DNA of 64,000 nt from Azolla caroliniana. Taxonomy: Eukaryota; Plantae; Polypodiophyta. The notes beneath the pieces are model-generated. The model was not told where the DNA came from, made no database searches, and was given only the letters and a program-made list of their open reading frames with translations. Below are positions 50,257-63,581 of this stretch, in pieces (the stretch's first letter is position 1; each line of letters begins with the position of its first letter). The position numbers were made by a program, and so were the translations under genes. The stretch is from positions 14,384,001 through 14,448,000 of the forward strand of contig JBHGNT010000003.1 in NCBI GenBank assembly GCA_043228905.1, read 5' to 3'.

Positions 50257-50703
50257 ATTGTCAGGAATAGTACTAAAGCAGAGATGGAATTAGTACTAAA
50301 GAAGAGTAGTACTACTAGTACTAAGAGGACGGGACTGCGTAAGATTCCCGAGAGAGGAAGTGAGAAGAGGAGAGAGAGAGATAGCAAGAATGAAAGAGAG
50401 AGAAAGATGATGACAACAGCTAATATATTATATGAAAAGATAAGTACAAAATGGCTAAGAGGCTTAAGACTAACGTTGAACCAATTTGGTTCAACATAAT
50501 GCCTAATGCCCTCTTTTATAGTGTTCTCAGGAATAATCCTGAAGCTTCTAGAATGTTCCAGAGAGATCTGGAATATACATCAATTTTCTATGATAAAGCA
50601 TAAATGAAAATAATATCCTACGTATTACAATTCATAGTCTATCGGAAAGAGCTCGACCCATGTAGCATAAGGTCATGGGTTCGAGTCTTGCCATATCGTG
50701 ACA

Positions 50704-53700
50704 GAAGAAGGGTTATAAGTGCTATAACCCCCGAACCAAACAAGCTCGCGTGAGCCGCAACGTCGTGTTTGACAAGTCCGCCTCCTAGTACTTGCCTCCG
50801 ACTCCGGACCTCAACTCCAATCTGAGTTTTGATGATGAGGTCAGCGAGGTTGAAGTACCTCCGGATGAGGGTGAAATCGGGACCCTCAAAGAGAGTCCGA
50901 TCTTGTTTCAGTTAAGTGGACCGAATGGATGACTGAGTCGGTTTGACCAGTCTGAAGAAAAGCCAGCGAGTAGTGGAGACTCGACCGTGCATTTGTCGTG
51001 CAGGAAGCCAAGGAGACGGTCTACGCGCAAGGAAGAAGAAGATGCCGGATTACGGCACGGATAGGAACGAGTCGGATCGATGCGAGTCCAACTCCGAGGG
51101 AAGTGATGATAGGTCTTCGAGAGCGAAGTCCGCGTCGACCAAGAAAGCCTCAACATCGGCTAATAAGCAATTACGCCGATCTACCCGCCAGAAGAACCCT
51201 GTTGTGCAGTTCGGATATAATGAGTACATGACGCATCACTATGCATACATGACGCGTGTAGTAGAAGTGCATGAGCCGAAGAGCTACGCAGAAGCGGCGA
51301 AGGACGCGAATTGGCGTGCCGCAATGGAGGAAGAGATGCGCGCATTGGCGGAAAATGAAACCTGGGACCTGGTTGACGCACCGAAAGGTGTGACGCCAAT
51401 CGGATGTAGGTGGGTGTACAAGGTCAACTACAACACTAATGGCTCGATCAACCGATACAAGGCCCGGTTAGTAGCGAAAGGCTACGCGCAACAACACGGC
51501 ATCGACTACGATGAGACGTTTGCACCGGTCACGAAGATGACGACTGTTCACGTTTTGCTCGCAGTAGCTACAGCGAAGGGGTGGTACCTACATCAAATGG
51601 ATGTAAAGAATGCGTTCCTACAAGGTGAGCTTGAGGAACAGGTGTACATGATACAACCTCTCGGATTTCAGTCCGGAACGAACACCTCGGCGGTGTGCCG
51701 GTTGAAGAAATCCCTTTGCGAACTAAAGCAAGCCCCGTGTGTCTAGAACGCGAAAATCACGCAACGATTGCGTCGGCTGGGCTTTGTGACGTCAAAATCG
51801 GACTCCTCACTGTTCATCCAGAAAGGTCGACTCGGGCCGGTTAGCATTTCACTTTATGTTGATGACTTGGTCATCACCGGTGCCGACCTAGGTGAGATTG
51901 ACCCTGTGAAGCTCCAGCTTGCGGCATCATTCAACATGAAGGATCTGGGGGACCTTCATTACTTCCTCGGGATCGAAATGATCCGCACCCCCGAAGGCAT
52001 ACTGATCATCCAACGACATTACGTGCTGAGTATGCTCTTCAAATTCAGGATGGCCAATTGTAAGTCGGTCTCGACTCCTCTGGATAGAACCGTCAAGCTT
52101 TGCCCCGATTCTGGAAAGGTATGCGACCCGACGAGGTTCCGACAGATAGTCGGAAGCCTCATATACTTCACCATCGCCCGACCAGATCTCAGCCACCCGG
52201 CCAGGGTGATTAGTCAATTCATGGCGCGACGTACCGAGGAGCATCTTCAGTGTGCGCAATGCGTACTGTGGTACGTAAGTGGCACTAAGGACCAGGGGCT
52301 ACTATATCGGACCGGTACAGCCCCGCAGTTGGTCGGCTACACCGATGCCGACTGGGCCGGCAACGTCACTGATCACTAATCCTCATACGGTTTCGTGTTC
52401 TCTCTTGCCAGTGTTGTGATTGCATGGAGTAGCAAGAAGCAGCCGACAGTTGCGTTGTCAAGCACCGAAGCCGAGTATAGAAGAGTGGTTATCGCAACAT
52501 GCAAAACCATATGGTTGAAGCGACTACTTAAGGATCTGCATATGGAGGAGGTATCCGATCCAACAACAATCTATTGCGACAACTTCAACAACATCTAGCT
52601 AGCAAAAAACCCCGTCTTCCATGCCTGGACTAAGCACATTGAGGTGCACTACCATTTCATCCGTGAGTGTGTCCTCTCCGGTGAAGTCGAACTTCAGTAT
52701 GTTCTGACGGATCGGTAGACCGCCGACATCTTCACCAAGCCTCTTGGTCTGGACAAGTTGCGGCAATTCTCAGGTGCGCTTGGGTTGCGTCACCTTGAGG
52801 TGCCGAACATCAGGGGGAGAGACGTCCCGAATGACCATGGAAGGGGGAGAGAAATTCCGGAAGACCGCGACGCCGAGTCGGATGACGAATTCGATTTCGG
52901 ATCGGCTGAAGAAGCTGAGGGTGGATCCGCAGAAGATTCCGAAAGCGGACATAAGGGGAGAAGTCGAAAGAAAGAGTCGAAGCCAACCAAGCATGGGGGA
53001 GATGAAGCCATCAAGGGCGAGAAGACCGAAGACGAGTTGGAGACAGCCAACTCGAACGAAAGCAAAAACTGATCAGAGGAAGCCGAGTCAATTCGGATGT
53101 TTGATTCGAATACACCGAATCAATTGAGGGCCAAGCAAAAGAGAAGGCAGCAAAAGAAGCGCCAACACCGCGACATCAACGGAGCTGAGAAGGGCGGCAC
53201 AAGCACGCAAGCCGACCGGAAGGGTCAAGGCACGCGGAATCAAACAGGTCGAGGAGCACGAGCAAGGCGTGAAGCCAAAAGGAACCGGAGCGTAGATCTG
53301 GAAGAACGGATGGAACCTCAAGTTGAGCTTGAGGGGGAGTGTTGAGATACAAGCTCAACATTGGCCGGATCGGCTGTGCAAGCCAAGAACCGGATCGATC
53401 AGTTAGGCCGGAGCGGTGCGTAAACCGGGTGCATAACCGGGTGCGCAGATCGGTGTGCAACGAGAAGGCGTAGCGATGCGTAAACCGCGAGGCCATTGGA
53501 AAGATATTCCACATAGGAATATATTTTGGGAGTTAGTGTAAAGCTCACTTATGAGCATTGAAGTACGTGTCAGTACTTCTGTCAGTTCGTATGGACTTGT
53601 ATAAAAGTGCTCACTAAGCACATCCTCCTATATACAGATTGAGTATTATTTTTGAATTGATTTTGTGTGCATTCTCTCTCTCTCTATCTGTCTCGCCCAT

Positions 53701-53783
53701 GTACTGTGTATATTCAAGCTCTCCATTAAACTTGCGTTTCTATGTTCGGTTTTCTATTGCTTCCGCACACTATTCTTTTTATA
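50704..53783 (+). mobile_element. Ty1/copia family E (close to D), 5'-truncated: RT, RNase H, 3' extension, PPT, LTR 53340-53783
   Basis: [45 protein letters not shown]; PPT GAGCTTGAGGGGGAG at 53325-53339. Confidence 0.93.
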
Positions 53784-53789
53784 GTTCCT

Positions 53790-53964
53790 CATTTGGCCCA
53801 CTCAACTGAAATCAGATCGGACTATTCACCAGAGTACCTACATCCTCTTCTTCTTCTTCTTGAATCATGTCAAGTTTACTGGTCTCATCTTTAGTGATTG
53901 GGTGGTCGGGAGTCGGAGTCGGTAGAGAGTACCATGATGTGGGATCATCGAATTTGACATCTCG
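53790..53964 (-). pseudogene. Small copia fragment (post-integrase region)
   Basis: RDVKFDDPTSWYSLPTPTP matches SRDVVFDELASWYLPSPPTP at ~12905. Confidence 0.75.
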
Positions 53965-54012
53965 TGTTATGTACACATAACGTTGGTGAGGGTAGGTCAC
54001 CAATATTTACAT
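53965..54012 (+). repeat. First 48 bp of a family A LTR, interrupted by the family B element
   Basis: Reverse complement of 23793-23840 with one mismatch. Confidence 0.88.
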
Positions 54013-57000
54013 TGTTAACCAACCGGCAAGGAGTGGAGCACAGTCCAGAAGGTGAAAGGGCAGGAATTATCGGAAGTTGTTATTAGAGTAATTAGTAATT
54101 AAGTATATTTTGAGAAGTGAACGGATGGACCGGAATCACTATGCCGATCCGGATCCGGACCGGTTCATATCAGTGTGCCGGTTGGCACCGTTTTGTATGC
54201 AGAGTCAATGATCTATATAAAGGCCCGGTTACATTGTAAAAAAGAACGGATAATTAATAAAGCTCTATTGTCTTATCTCTGTGTATTGATTACCGTTCTG
54301 TGCTAATTACTTTCTATCTTATGCGTGTATTAAGATTCATGATATGTTGCTTAAGTAGCTGATATAGGTCTGATTAATCATCAGTCTAACTCTATCTCAC
54401 CGTAACACCCTTTGGTGAAGTGTCTTCCATACACACCCTATGTTAGGCTATTGTCCGGCCCTTAGGTATAACATAGTTTCTGGCGACCACGATTCTTGCA
54501 TAAACGCAACGAACAACGGCGGGAATGGATGACTAGACCAACGAACGGACTGGTTACGGATCAAGCAAGGTGACTTGCTGAGCTTCTACGGAAGCGAGAG
54601 GCGTTCCAGGAGGTGGCGGAAGAGATTCGTATGGATCAATCATTTTCCAAAGTGATCCGGCGAGTGGTCGAGGAGTCACTCCATTTCCAACAAGATTTCC
54701 ACCCCGACGAAGGAAGCAACTTAAGTAGTCTTCGGGAAGCGGAATCCCTTCTGCAGGCATTAGCTGCAGGTGAAGGCGATTCAGAACCGTTTTCGGCTTT
54801 TGAATCGAACTTGGACGGCGAATATAGCGCTCATTCCAATTACCGCAGCAATCACGACATCCCAGACGGACTAGCGCACGAGGAATCGGATACCTTACCG
54901 ACACCAGAACCAGAATTGACAAAGCTGGAAGCCCCAGACCGGCCAAGGTCTGAGCAACCCCCAAAACCCGAAGCAGCGGAGGATAGACCTCCCACAAAGG
55001 AAGAAAGACCTTCCACAGAGGAAGAAAGACCTCTGACGGAGGAGGAAAGACCTCTGACACCACCAGCTCACGTTCCAACACCGGATGACGACATGCCGTT
55101 TCAATATCCCAAGTACCGGAATGATCCGGACGTAGAGCCCTACGTCTATGCATTTCAGCAGACCTAGGAAGCAAATCATGTGTCACAACGCTTAACCACG
55201 GCCAAAGCAAAACGCTCAAAGATGGTGGAGTTCGGCATGACCCTGGAAGGGCCCGCCGCCAGATGGCGCTTGACGCAAGATCTTAGCACCATCACGACGT
55301 TTGAGGCATTGAAAACTAAATTCTTACACTTTTTTCACAAAGAGGTGGATCAACGGGAAATGGTCGGCCTATTGTATACCATCCGGCAGGAGCCCGCGGA
55401 GAACATTCAACAATTTTTAATCCAATTCCAAAGAATGCACAACCAACTCAGTCGGACACCACCGGAGGAAAAGACTAAGGCGATATTCCTAGAAGCACTC
55501 CGGGAACCCCTACGAATGGTGTGCACAGTCATTGATTTCCGCACGAGTTCCATCGACCAGGTCATAGACCGAGTCAGGGAAATGGAAAACTCTAGCTCGT
55601 GGCTAATGATGGGGGCACTCCAACGAACGTTACCAATTGATGAAGACCTCCGCTTTTGACAAGTAATTCAATGTACGACTTGCCTGAATGCCGGACACTC
55701 GGCGCTAGAGTGCACCATGCGTTCTCAATGCCTGCTTTGCCATTCCAGAAACCACACAATGGATCGGTGCGAGTATAACTTGCTCAATTTTCAAGCACCA
55801 CCTGTCCGGCAAATCAAACCACGTAGCAACCAGGAGGAGGAAGAAGAGCACTAGCGACGAGAGGAGCGTTACAGGCCGGCACAAGATGTCTCGTACGGTG
55901 ATCGAAGAAACGCTTATGACCGCGACCGGTATGATAGATATGATAGATATCGAGACTATAATGGGGAACGGAATGAGCGATACAACCGGGATCACTCCCC
56001 CAGTTACAACCCCCAAAGGGAGGACTATGGCAAGTATCATGATCAGCTCCGACAGGATTTTCGGAACAAAAAGCATTTCAACAAAAAATGGCATTTCAAT
56101 AAAAAAGGGGGTCACCAACAGGAGCCGGAAAAGGGTACACCAAGCACCCAACCGGACCAAGGCCAAGCACTTACAACAGAACCTCAACCGGGTGCCGGAG
56201 TGATAGCGAAATCCAGCAACACCCAGAAGGCTTACTGCTACTATTGCCCACAAGAGGGACACTACAGTAACCAATGTCCGGCGAAAAGCTACGATAAGCG
56301 ACCAGTGGTAAACATGGTGGTCACGAAAGTCGCGGACATACAAAAAGTAACCACGAGGTCAAAAGGGAAAGCAACGGAGTGGGAAACCCAATAAACTATC
56401 CAGAAGCACGCCACGGAATGGGTGAAGAAGGCAAATGAGCGGAATGTGGCAGAACTGGAACAACAAAAAGAGAATCCAGAGGAGCCCACCTGCAATAGCC
56501 AGGCGGAAAACCCAACATGGCAGGGGTTGCAAGAATGCCAAATCACGTTGCCATTAGGTCGGCTATTGCAGTTAGTACCTAGGTTTACGGAAGGACTGAA
56601 GACGGGAATGACTCCGGTTGACATGCCACCGGCTCCGACGTTCTTTTCTAATCCGAAGGAAGGACCGACGGTAGTGGACACGAGCAATCCGGTTATCACA
56701 GCCATCCTCAAGGGACGAGAGCTACCCATAACGATTATAGACGGGGGATCCGGCATGAACGTGATTAGCCTCCGAACTTGTAATACCCTGGGAATCCAGG
56801 ACTGGGAGCCGTGCCCGTTTTGACTCCGGATGGCGGACACAGGTTCAATAAGACCTACCAGATTGATACGAGATTTGAAAGTGACTAACAGAGGTCACAC
56901 ATTCCACATTTTAGCAGTAGTCCTCCAGCCCAATGCACAAGGGACATACGCACTGTTGTTGGACCGCCCATGGCTAAAAACAATGCACATCAAGAAAAAC

Positions 57001-60000
57001 TAGCGGAAAAACATAATTACTTTCCGACACGGCAAAGCGAAAGTACGTGTACCTACACAACCACGTTTGAGTACCGGCAAGGAGCTGACACCGCTGTATG
57101 CAGAATGTGTCAAGATGCTTGAAGGATTGGCTAATGAAGAGTCGATCAGTACTAACAGGAGAATCCGAAAATTGTACCTTTGTTTGAAATTGATGTCGCC
57201 GAATATATAATGCAACCGGAGGATGCCGGTGAACAACTGGATAAAGAAGCCATCCGAGAGTTATGGCAAGCGTAGGAAGCTTTAGAGAAGGAATTGACAG
57301 TATCTCAACGCGTAAAAGCCTCTCAGCTCGAAGAGCTAAACTAGGCACCGCAGAAGACGCAAGACCGGTTCACATCGCCAAAGAAATGACTCCAGAAAGG
57401 AAGACGGCAATGATCACCTTATTAAAAGAGTTCCGGGACGTATTCACATGGTCTTATGAGGACATGCGGGGGCTAGATCCTCAGTTGTCTCAACACCAGA
57501 TACATCTGAGTAAGGATGCCAAGCCCGTGGCGCAATGGCGCTACCAGATAAACCCTAACTATACAGCAAAAGTAAAGGACGAAATCGACAAATTGTTACG
57601 GGTAGGGTTCATTCGACCGATCAAGAAGGCGACATGACATGACTGAGTCCGATAGTCGTCGTACCAAAAAAGAAAGAAAAAATCAGGGTATGTGTCAACT
57701 ACCGGAAGTTGAATGCGGCAACGGTAACCGATGCCTTGCCACTCCCTTTTACGGATGGAGTCTTGGATGTAGTAGCCGGTCACGAAGTTTATAGTTTCCT
57801 GGACGGATTCACCGGCTACAATCAGATCCGGATGCACCCCGACGACCAAGAGAAAACCGCTTTTGTTACCGAATGGGGAGTATTTGTCGCCGTGGTCATG
57901 ATGTTTGGACTTAAAACGGCGCCGACAACCTTTCAACGGATAATCATTGAGATTTTCAAAGAATTTATTCCAACATTCATGCAAGGGTTCCTAGACGATT
58001 TCGTTGTGTACCTCCTACTATGTCTTGAGAAATGTAGGGTTTACCGGTTAAGCCATAACCCGGAGAAATGCATGTTCGGAGTGTCAAGTAGTGCATTACT
58101 AGGCCACATCGTTAGCAAGGACGGTATTGCAATAGACCCCGACAAGGTCAAAGCAATTTTGGAGGCACCGGCACCCACCACGGCGAAAGCATTGAGTCGG
58201 TTCCTAAGACAAATCCGGTGGCATAGCCGAATGCTCCAGTATCTGGCAGACCTGGCCACACCATTGCATGTTGCGGTGCACCGGACACCGTTTCAATGGA
58301 CGGACACAGAAGAAAAGGCTTACTGGGCATTAAAAGTACTACTATCACAAGCACCGATGGTGCAACCTCCGAATTGGTCTAAAGAATTCCACGTATTCGT
58401 AGACACGTCCGACATAGCAATTGGGAGCGCATTAATGCAGCTTACCGAACCGAAGTTGTACCAACCCGTGTATTATGCCAACCGGAAGCTGTCCCAAGCG
58501 GAACGTAATTACTCAACAACGGAAAGAGAAGCCTTGGGCATGATCTACAGCGTCACCAAGTTCCGACACTATCTATTGGGGAGGAAATTTTCCTTTCATG
58601 TAGACCATTCGGCGCTACTTTACTTGGTCTCAAAACCATCACTCACGAGTAAGCGGGCCCAGTGGATGTTATTATTACAGGAATTTGAGTTCGAGATATT
58701 TCACCGGGCAGGTATACAGCATGCGGTTGTGGATTATTTGAACTGGTTAGACTCCGGTGAAACCGGTGATGGAGTCCTAGACGAGTTTCCACATGCAGAG
58801 TTGTTTAGGGTTACAGCAGAAACGACAATAGATGGTACGGTTGCCGAGGTGGACAAGTGGCTCACTCACATGCACCAATTCTTGAGCACCGGATTACCTC
58901 CAGAGGAGATGAACAGCGACGAGCGAAAATGATTAACAGTACAAAGCCGGCACTTCTGCCTACTGCAGGACACACTATACCATAAAGGCGCGGATGGCAT
59001 ATGGCGGTGCGCGGTGCGCAGCGACAAAAAAGACCAAATACTGCGCGAAGCACACTGCGGCATTGCCGGAGGGTATTATGCTGGGGACGCTACGGCAAGG
59101 AAAATATGGCAGAGTGGCCTATCGTGGCCGACAACATTAAAAGACATCGTCCGGTATGCTAAAGAATGCGATTTATGTTAGTGGATGGGCCAACCAACGG
59201 AACAGGCAAGAATGCCTCACCAGCCGGTACTACCATTGGAACAATTTCAGAAATGGGGGCTCAACTTCGTCGGCCCATTTAAACCACGAGCAATGAGAAC
59301 CGGCAACCAATACGTGATTGTCTCCACAGACTACTACACCAAGTAGGTGGAGGCAAAAGCACTACGTGACAACACCGCGGCATCCACGGCAAAGTTTTTA
59401 TATGAATATATCTGGTGCTGGTATGGATGTCTGATCAAGCTAATCAGCAACCAAGGTGGGCATTTCCTAGGACAAGTGGTGGAGAGCTTAACAATATTCT
59501 ATGCGGTGGTGCACAAGCGAAGAACTCTGTATTATCCGCAACATAATGGATTAGCCAAATCCACAAATAAGTCGCTACAAAACATCCTGCGGAAAATCGT
59601 CAATGAGAACCGAACGGATTGGGATACAAAGTTGCACAGTGCACTCTAGGCCTACCAGACAGCATATAAGACAAGTATCCAGACAACGCCTTTCCAATTA
59701 GCATTCGGATTGGAAGAGGTAATGTCAATCGAATTCCAGGTTCCCAGTTGGGGTTACAAGTTCGGGAACGCCTAAACGAGAAGGAGTCAGAAACATTCCA
59801 GCTAGCAGCACTATGCGAACTAGAGGAACACCAGATAGCCAACATGATGCACATGGAACTGGAGCAACGGGGAAGGAAATCGTTCGTTGATCGACACCGA
59901 AAAGGTAACGAAAAAATGTTCGAGATCGGCAAGCCAGTGCTTGTCTTCCAAACTCGGATGGGTAAGATGTCGGGGAAACTACGGACCATATTGGATTACA

Positions 60001-60264
60001 CGAGAGTTCAACGGTTCCTACCAACTAGGGACATTGGCCGGAGAAGTTATGGGTAAATGGGTCAATGGGTTTCGACTCAAACCATACTATGGACCCATGC
60101 CAAGAAACCCGTTTGAGCAAACAAAGGCTGACACCAATCCGAACACCGGTAAGCACAACGAGATGATAACCGGTCAAGCAATCGGCAAGCACGAAACAGG
60201 TGAAAGGGACCACAATCCGGAGAGGGGTCCATTTGGGCCGGATACGGATTAACAAGATCGAATT

Positions 60265-60305
60265 ATAAATAAATAAATAAATAAAATAAAATAATAATAA
60301 TAATA
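60265..60305. repeat. (TAAA)n(TAA)n microsatellite between integrase and extra ORF
   Basis: Directly visible. Confidence 0.9.
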
Positions 60306-60503
60306 ATCTAATCAGATCCAATCAAACCCAAATCATCCGATGGTAAGGAGCGAACGACCACATGCAATTACAAGGAGTGAATGGGCACTTTGAAAAGCAA
60401 CGTAGTGGGCTATTTATAGCGCATTAAAACGCCGCCACGTGGCACTTCATTGCTATTATAGTACACGACGTGCGCATGCACAGGAATCGAGAAAGGCGCC
60501 AAC

Positions 60504-63500
60504 ATGCAGAAAGAAAACCTCCACCACATGGAAGCCTTCTCATTTCCTGAACAGAGAATTGCAAACGCACATAGGCGATTAAAGATAATCAGACACGAGC
60601 ACCTAGAGCCCACTAACGCACCTACCTCACCAACAACCACTGATTCAGAAGGAGAAATGGACTACATGGCGCTCTCTGAGGTAGCCAAGAAGTGGTTGAA
60701 ACAACACGGATTGGAAGGATTCTTGAGGATCATGGAAGCACCACCACACAGGGAGGCAGAAAAAGTTTTCAAAGACATCGACACAGAAGTAATCATAGAG
60801 GAGGCCATCCATGCCCTAACGGGCCTACCCGAAGGCGGCATCTTCACCATCGACAACCCTAACCCAGAGCATCTCACGAAATACTTCGGTGAGTACTCTC
60901 TAGCCAACAAGGCATATCGCACACAGGGCGGTGAGGATGGCTTATTCCAAGAGATTGCTCGTGTACTCCACAAGTTTGGCCATGTGTACCCTCGACCCCC
61001 GGCAATGCCTAGGAATAGAGCTGGTTTAATTATAGCCACATATGAGGGTATACAGGTGGACTGGTCGGTGCTAATCGCCGACGGACTACGCACGGCCATC
61101 GAATCAGTAAGAGGAAAGGATGGCAGGAAAATATGGGCGGCGATGGTGCAATGGCTCACATTGTTAGCACCACCAGTGGAGCCCATCACGGCGAAGAAGC
61201 GGGGGAGATCAACCAAAGGAACCCCCAAAACGGCTTCAAAACGGCAGCTTCTATTGGCTGCTAAGGCAACCAAAGGGAAGGAGGCCGACACTGAAAAAAC
61301 GGCGAAAAAGCAGCCTAATCAGGCGGAAACGCAGGAGGAAGCACCGGCACGGTCAATAAAGATTACGTTGCGTCAGCCAGGTCAACAGGAGCCAGAGCCC
61401 TTGGCAATGAAAATCAATCTTGGGACTCAAGAGGAGGAAACAGCGGAGGAGCCCAGTGATCACCTCCAGCGGTGCTAGAAGAAGCGCACTGCAGACCATG
61501 TTGGGGAGCAATCAGGTCCAAGGAAGGATAGGACGTTGATACCTCGCACTGAGGGCCCAGAGCCAAGGGTGGAATCAAAACCGGTTCGAACTGAACCGGT
61601 CACAGAATTCCCTGTGCAGCAGGCTACGTCGGTGGGTCAGGATATAACAAGACCCGTGATTCAAGAGTCGGTGATTCAGTTATCTACACCATCGGCATAC
61701 CAGGACCAACCAGAGCCGGAACGGACAACTGAGGCACAACCAAAACCGGAACTGCCAAGTGGTAACCAACCGAAGCCAGAGTTGCCAATCGACGTAACCA
61801 GACAAGATCAGCGACTAGCAAGCGCAGAAATCGGCCAAACCTCCGCACAGACATAGCAACAAGGCACCGGCAACCAATGGCTACGGTGGATCGGTGAGCA
61901 AATAGCCGAAGTAGTCCATTATATCGAGGCAGAAGAGAAAGCACAATTGGACCAGTTGCTAGCCACAACCGGAGAACTAGAGAAGGCTCGGTCAAGGATC
62001 CAGAGCTTGGAACAAGAATTGGCTAAGATGGTCATAACAGGACCCCAGGAATAAGAACCGGTGGCTCTGGTACATGTACGGAACAACGTAACGTCGACAA
62101 CTGTACATAATCATACAACCCCGATGACAGAAACAATCCTGGAAACAATTACAGCGCAAGCACATGAGCTTGCCGTTTTCAAAGTAGACCTGACCGCACA
62201 GGAAGCATTACAGATCAGGGAAAGAGAATTAAAATTGGCGGCGGAGGAGGAACAACGGAAGACTGCTGATAACCTCCGTCGAGCAAAAGAAAGCCTACGG
62301 AAGGGACACCAAGCCTATGACTGGCTTAAGCAAGAGAAAGAAAAATTGCTGCAAGAGAAGGATAAACTCCGAAGGATGGCGGAAACAGAGATAGAGAGGC
62401 TCAAAGAAGAGCTTCAACAGCAAAAGGATAGGGAAGACCGAGCTCGCCGCCAAATCAATCTGAAGCTAAAGCAAAAAACAGACGATTTTGACCACCTGCA
62501 CCGGGATTATAAACATGTCGAGACGGAATACTAGAAGCTCATCACCGACAGCGACCGGCAGCAGGAGAAGATGTTCGAGCTCCGGAACGAAGTGCAACGG
62601 GTGGAGACGGCACTAGCGGAAGAACGGGCTGAGAAGGAAACCATACGAGCTAAAGCAGCGCAGGAACGCCTGGAACTCCAGATGCAACATCATGCAGAAA
62701 CGGAATGCGCCACCATGGTCTTACAAAGAGTGCAGACAACTTATCAGAATCAACTGGTGCGCTACAAGGACTAGGAGGTGGTAACTGCGAACCTGATCAA
62801 ACAGTTGAAAGATGAACGGCAGGCCGCAGAAGAAAAATCAAAGATGGGGCTCGAACAAATCCGGTGCATTGTACAAGCATGGAAGAATTGAACAAAGCGA
62901 TTGATTGAACACAACTCAGTATTATGGTGATCGAAATGGGCGAAGCAGGCTACCGAGCTACAGTTGCTGAGGGCGGACGCAGAAAACCGGAAAAGGGAAG
63001 GAGATGAGTTCTATAAGCTGGAATAGGAAGATTTTTTTGCCGTGAAAGATGAATTGGCAGATGACTTCGTAGCATTGGCTAATGAACAGATAGCAGTGGT
63101 CCGGCAACTAGTAGCACAACTAGACGATGATCAGTTGGATAACCAAATCCGGTTTGAAAGTTACGAAAAGGAGAGGCTACGACAAGAGGCGACGAAGAGT
63201 GCGGCAACAAGCGATCTCAGTGATGAAGAGCCATCATCGAAGCAAAGGACGAACAGAGGCAACGCTGGGACAAGCCAATCAGATTTAACTCAAGAGGAGA
63301 AACCAAGGGAGTATCTGCTACAACCGCCGGCACCGAGAGCCGGACAACAGCTATCGGAGGAGCAACACCCAGAAGAGCCAGAGACTGCATAGCAGCAGGA
63401 GCAACGCCCAAAAGAGCCGGAGATCGTGCAGCAGCAAGAGCAACAGCAACAGCCAATGGAGCAGTAGCCAGAGCAATGGCCACAGCCAATGGAGGAGCAG

Positions 63501-63581
63501 CAGCAGCAGTCCGATCAGCTTTCCGAAGAACCCTTAGAGCCCCTCGATCAGAGCATTCTGGACATTTTGGACGAGGATTGA
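60504..63581 (+). pseudogene. Extra ORF of ~1,025 codons: globular N-terminal domain, basic patch, long coiled coil, Q-rich tail
   Basis: ORFs 60504, 61536, 62061, 62571 and 63042 share one frame, separated only by point stops; the frame ends QSILDILDED* at 63579-63581. Confidence 0.82.

Larger units (their letters stand above)
45848..50703 (-). mobile_element. Tcn1/Tf1-sushi-like Ty3/gypsy element, 3'-truncated in integrase
   Basis: 5' LTR 50259-50703 (TGTCAC...CTGACA); gag with [14 protein letters not shown] in a shifted frame; pol ORF 45848-48589. Confidence 0.92.
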
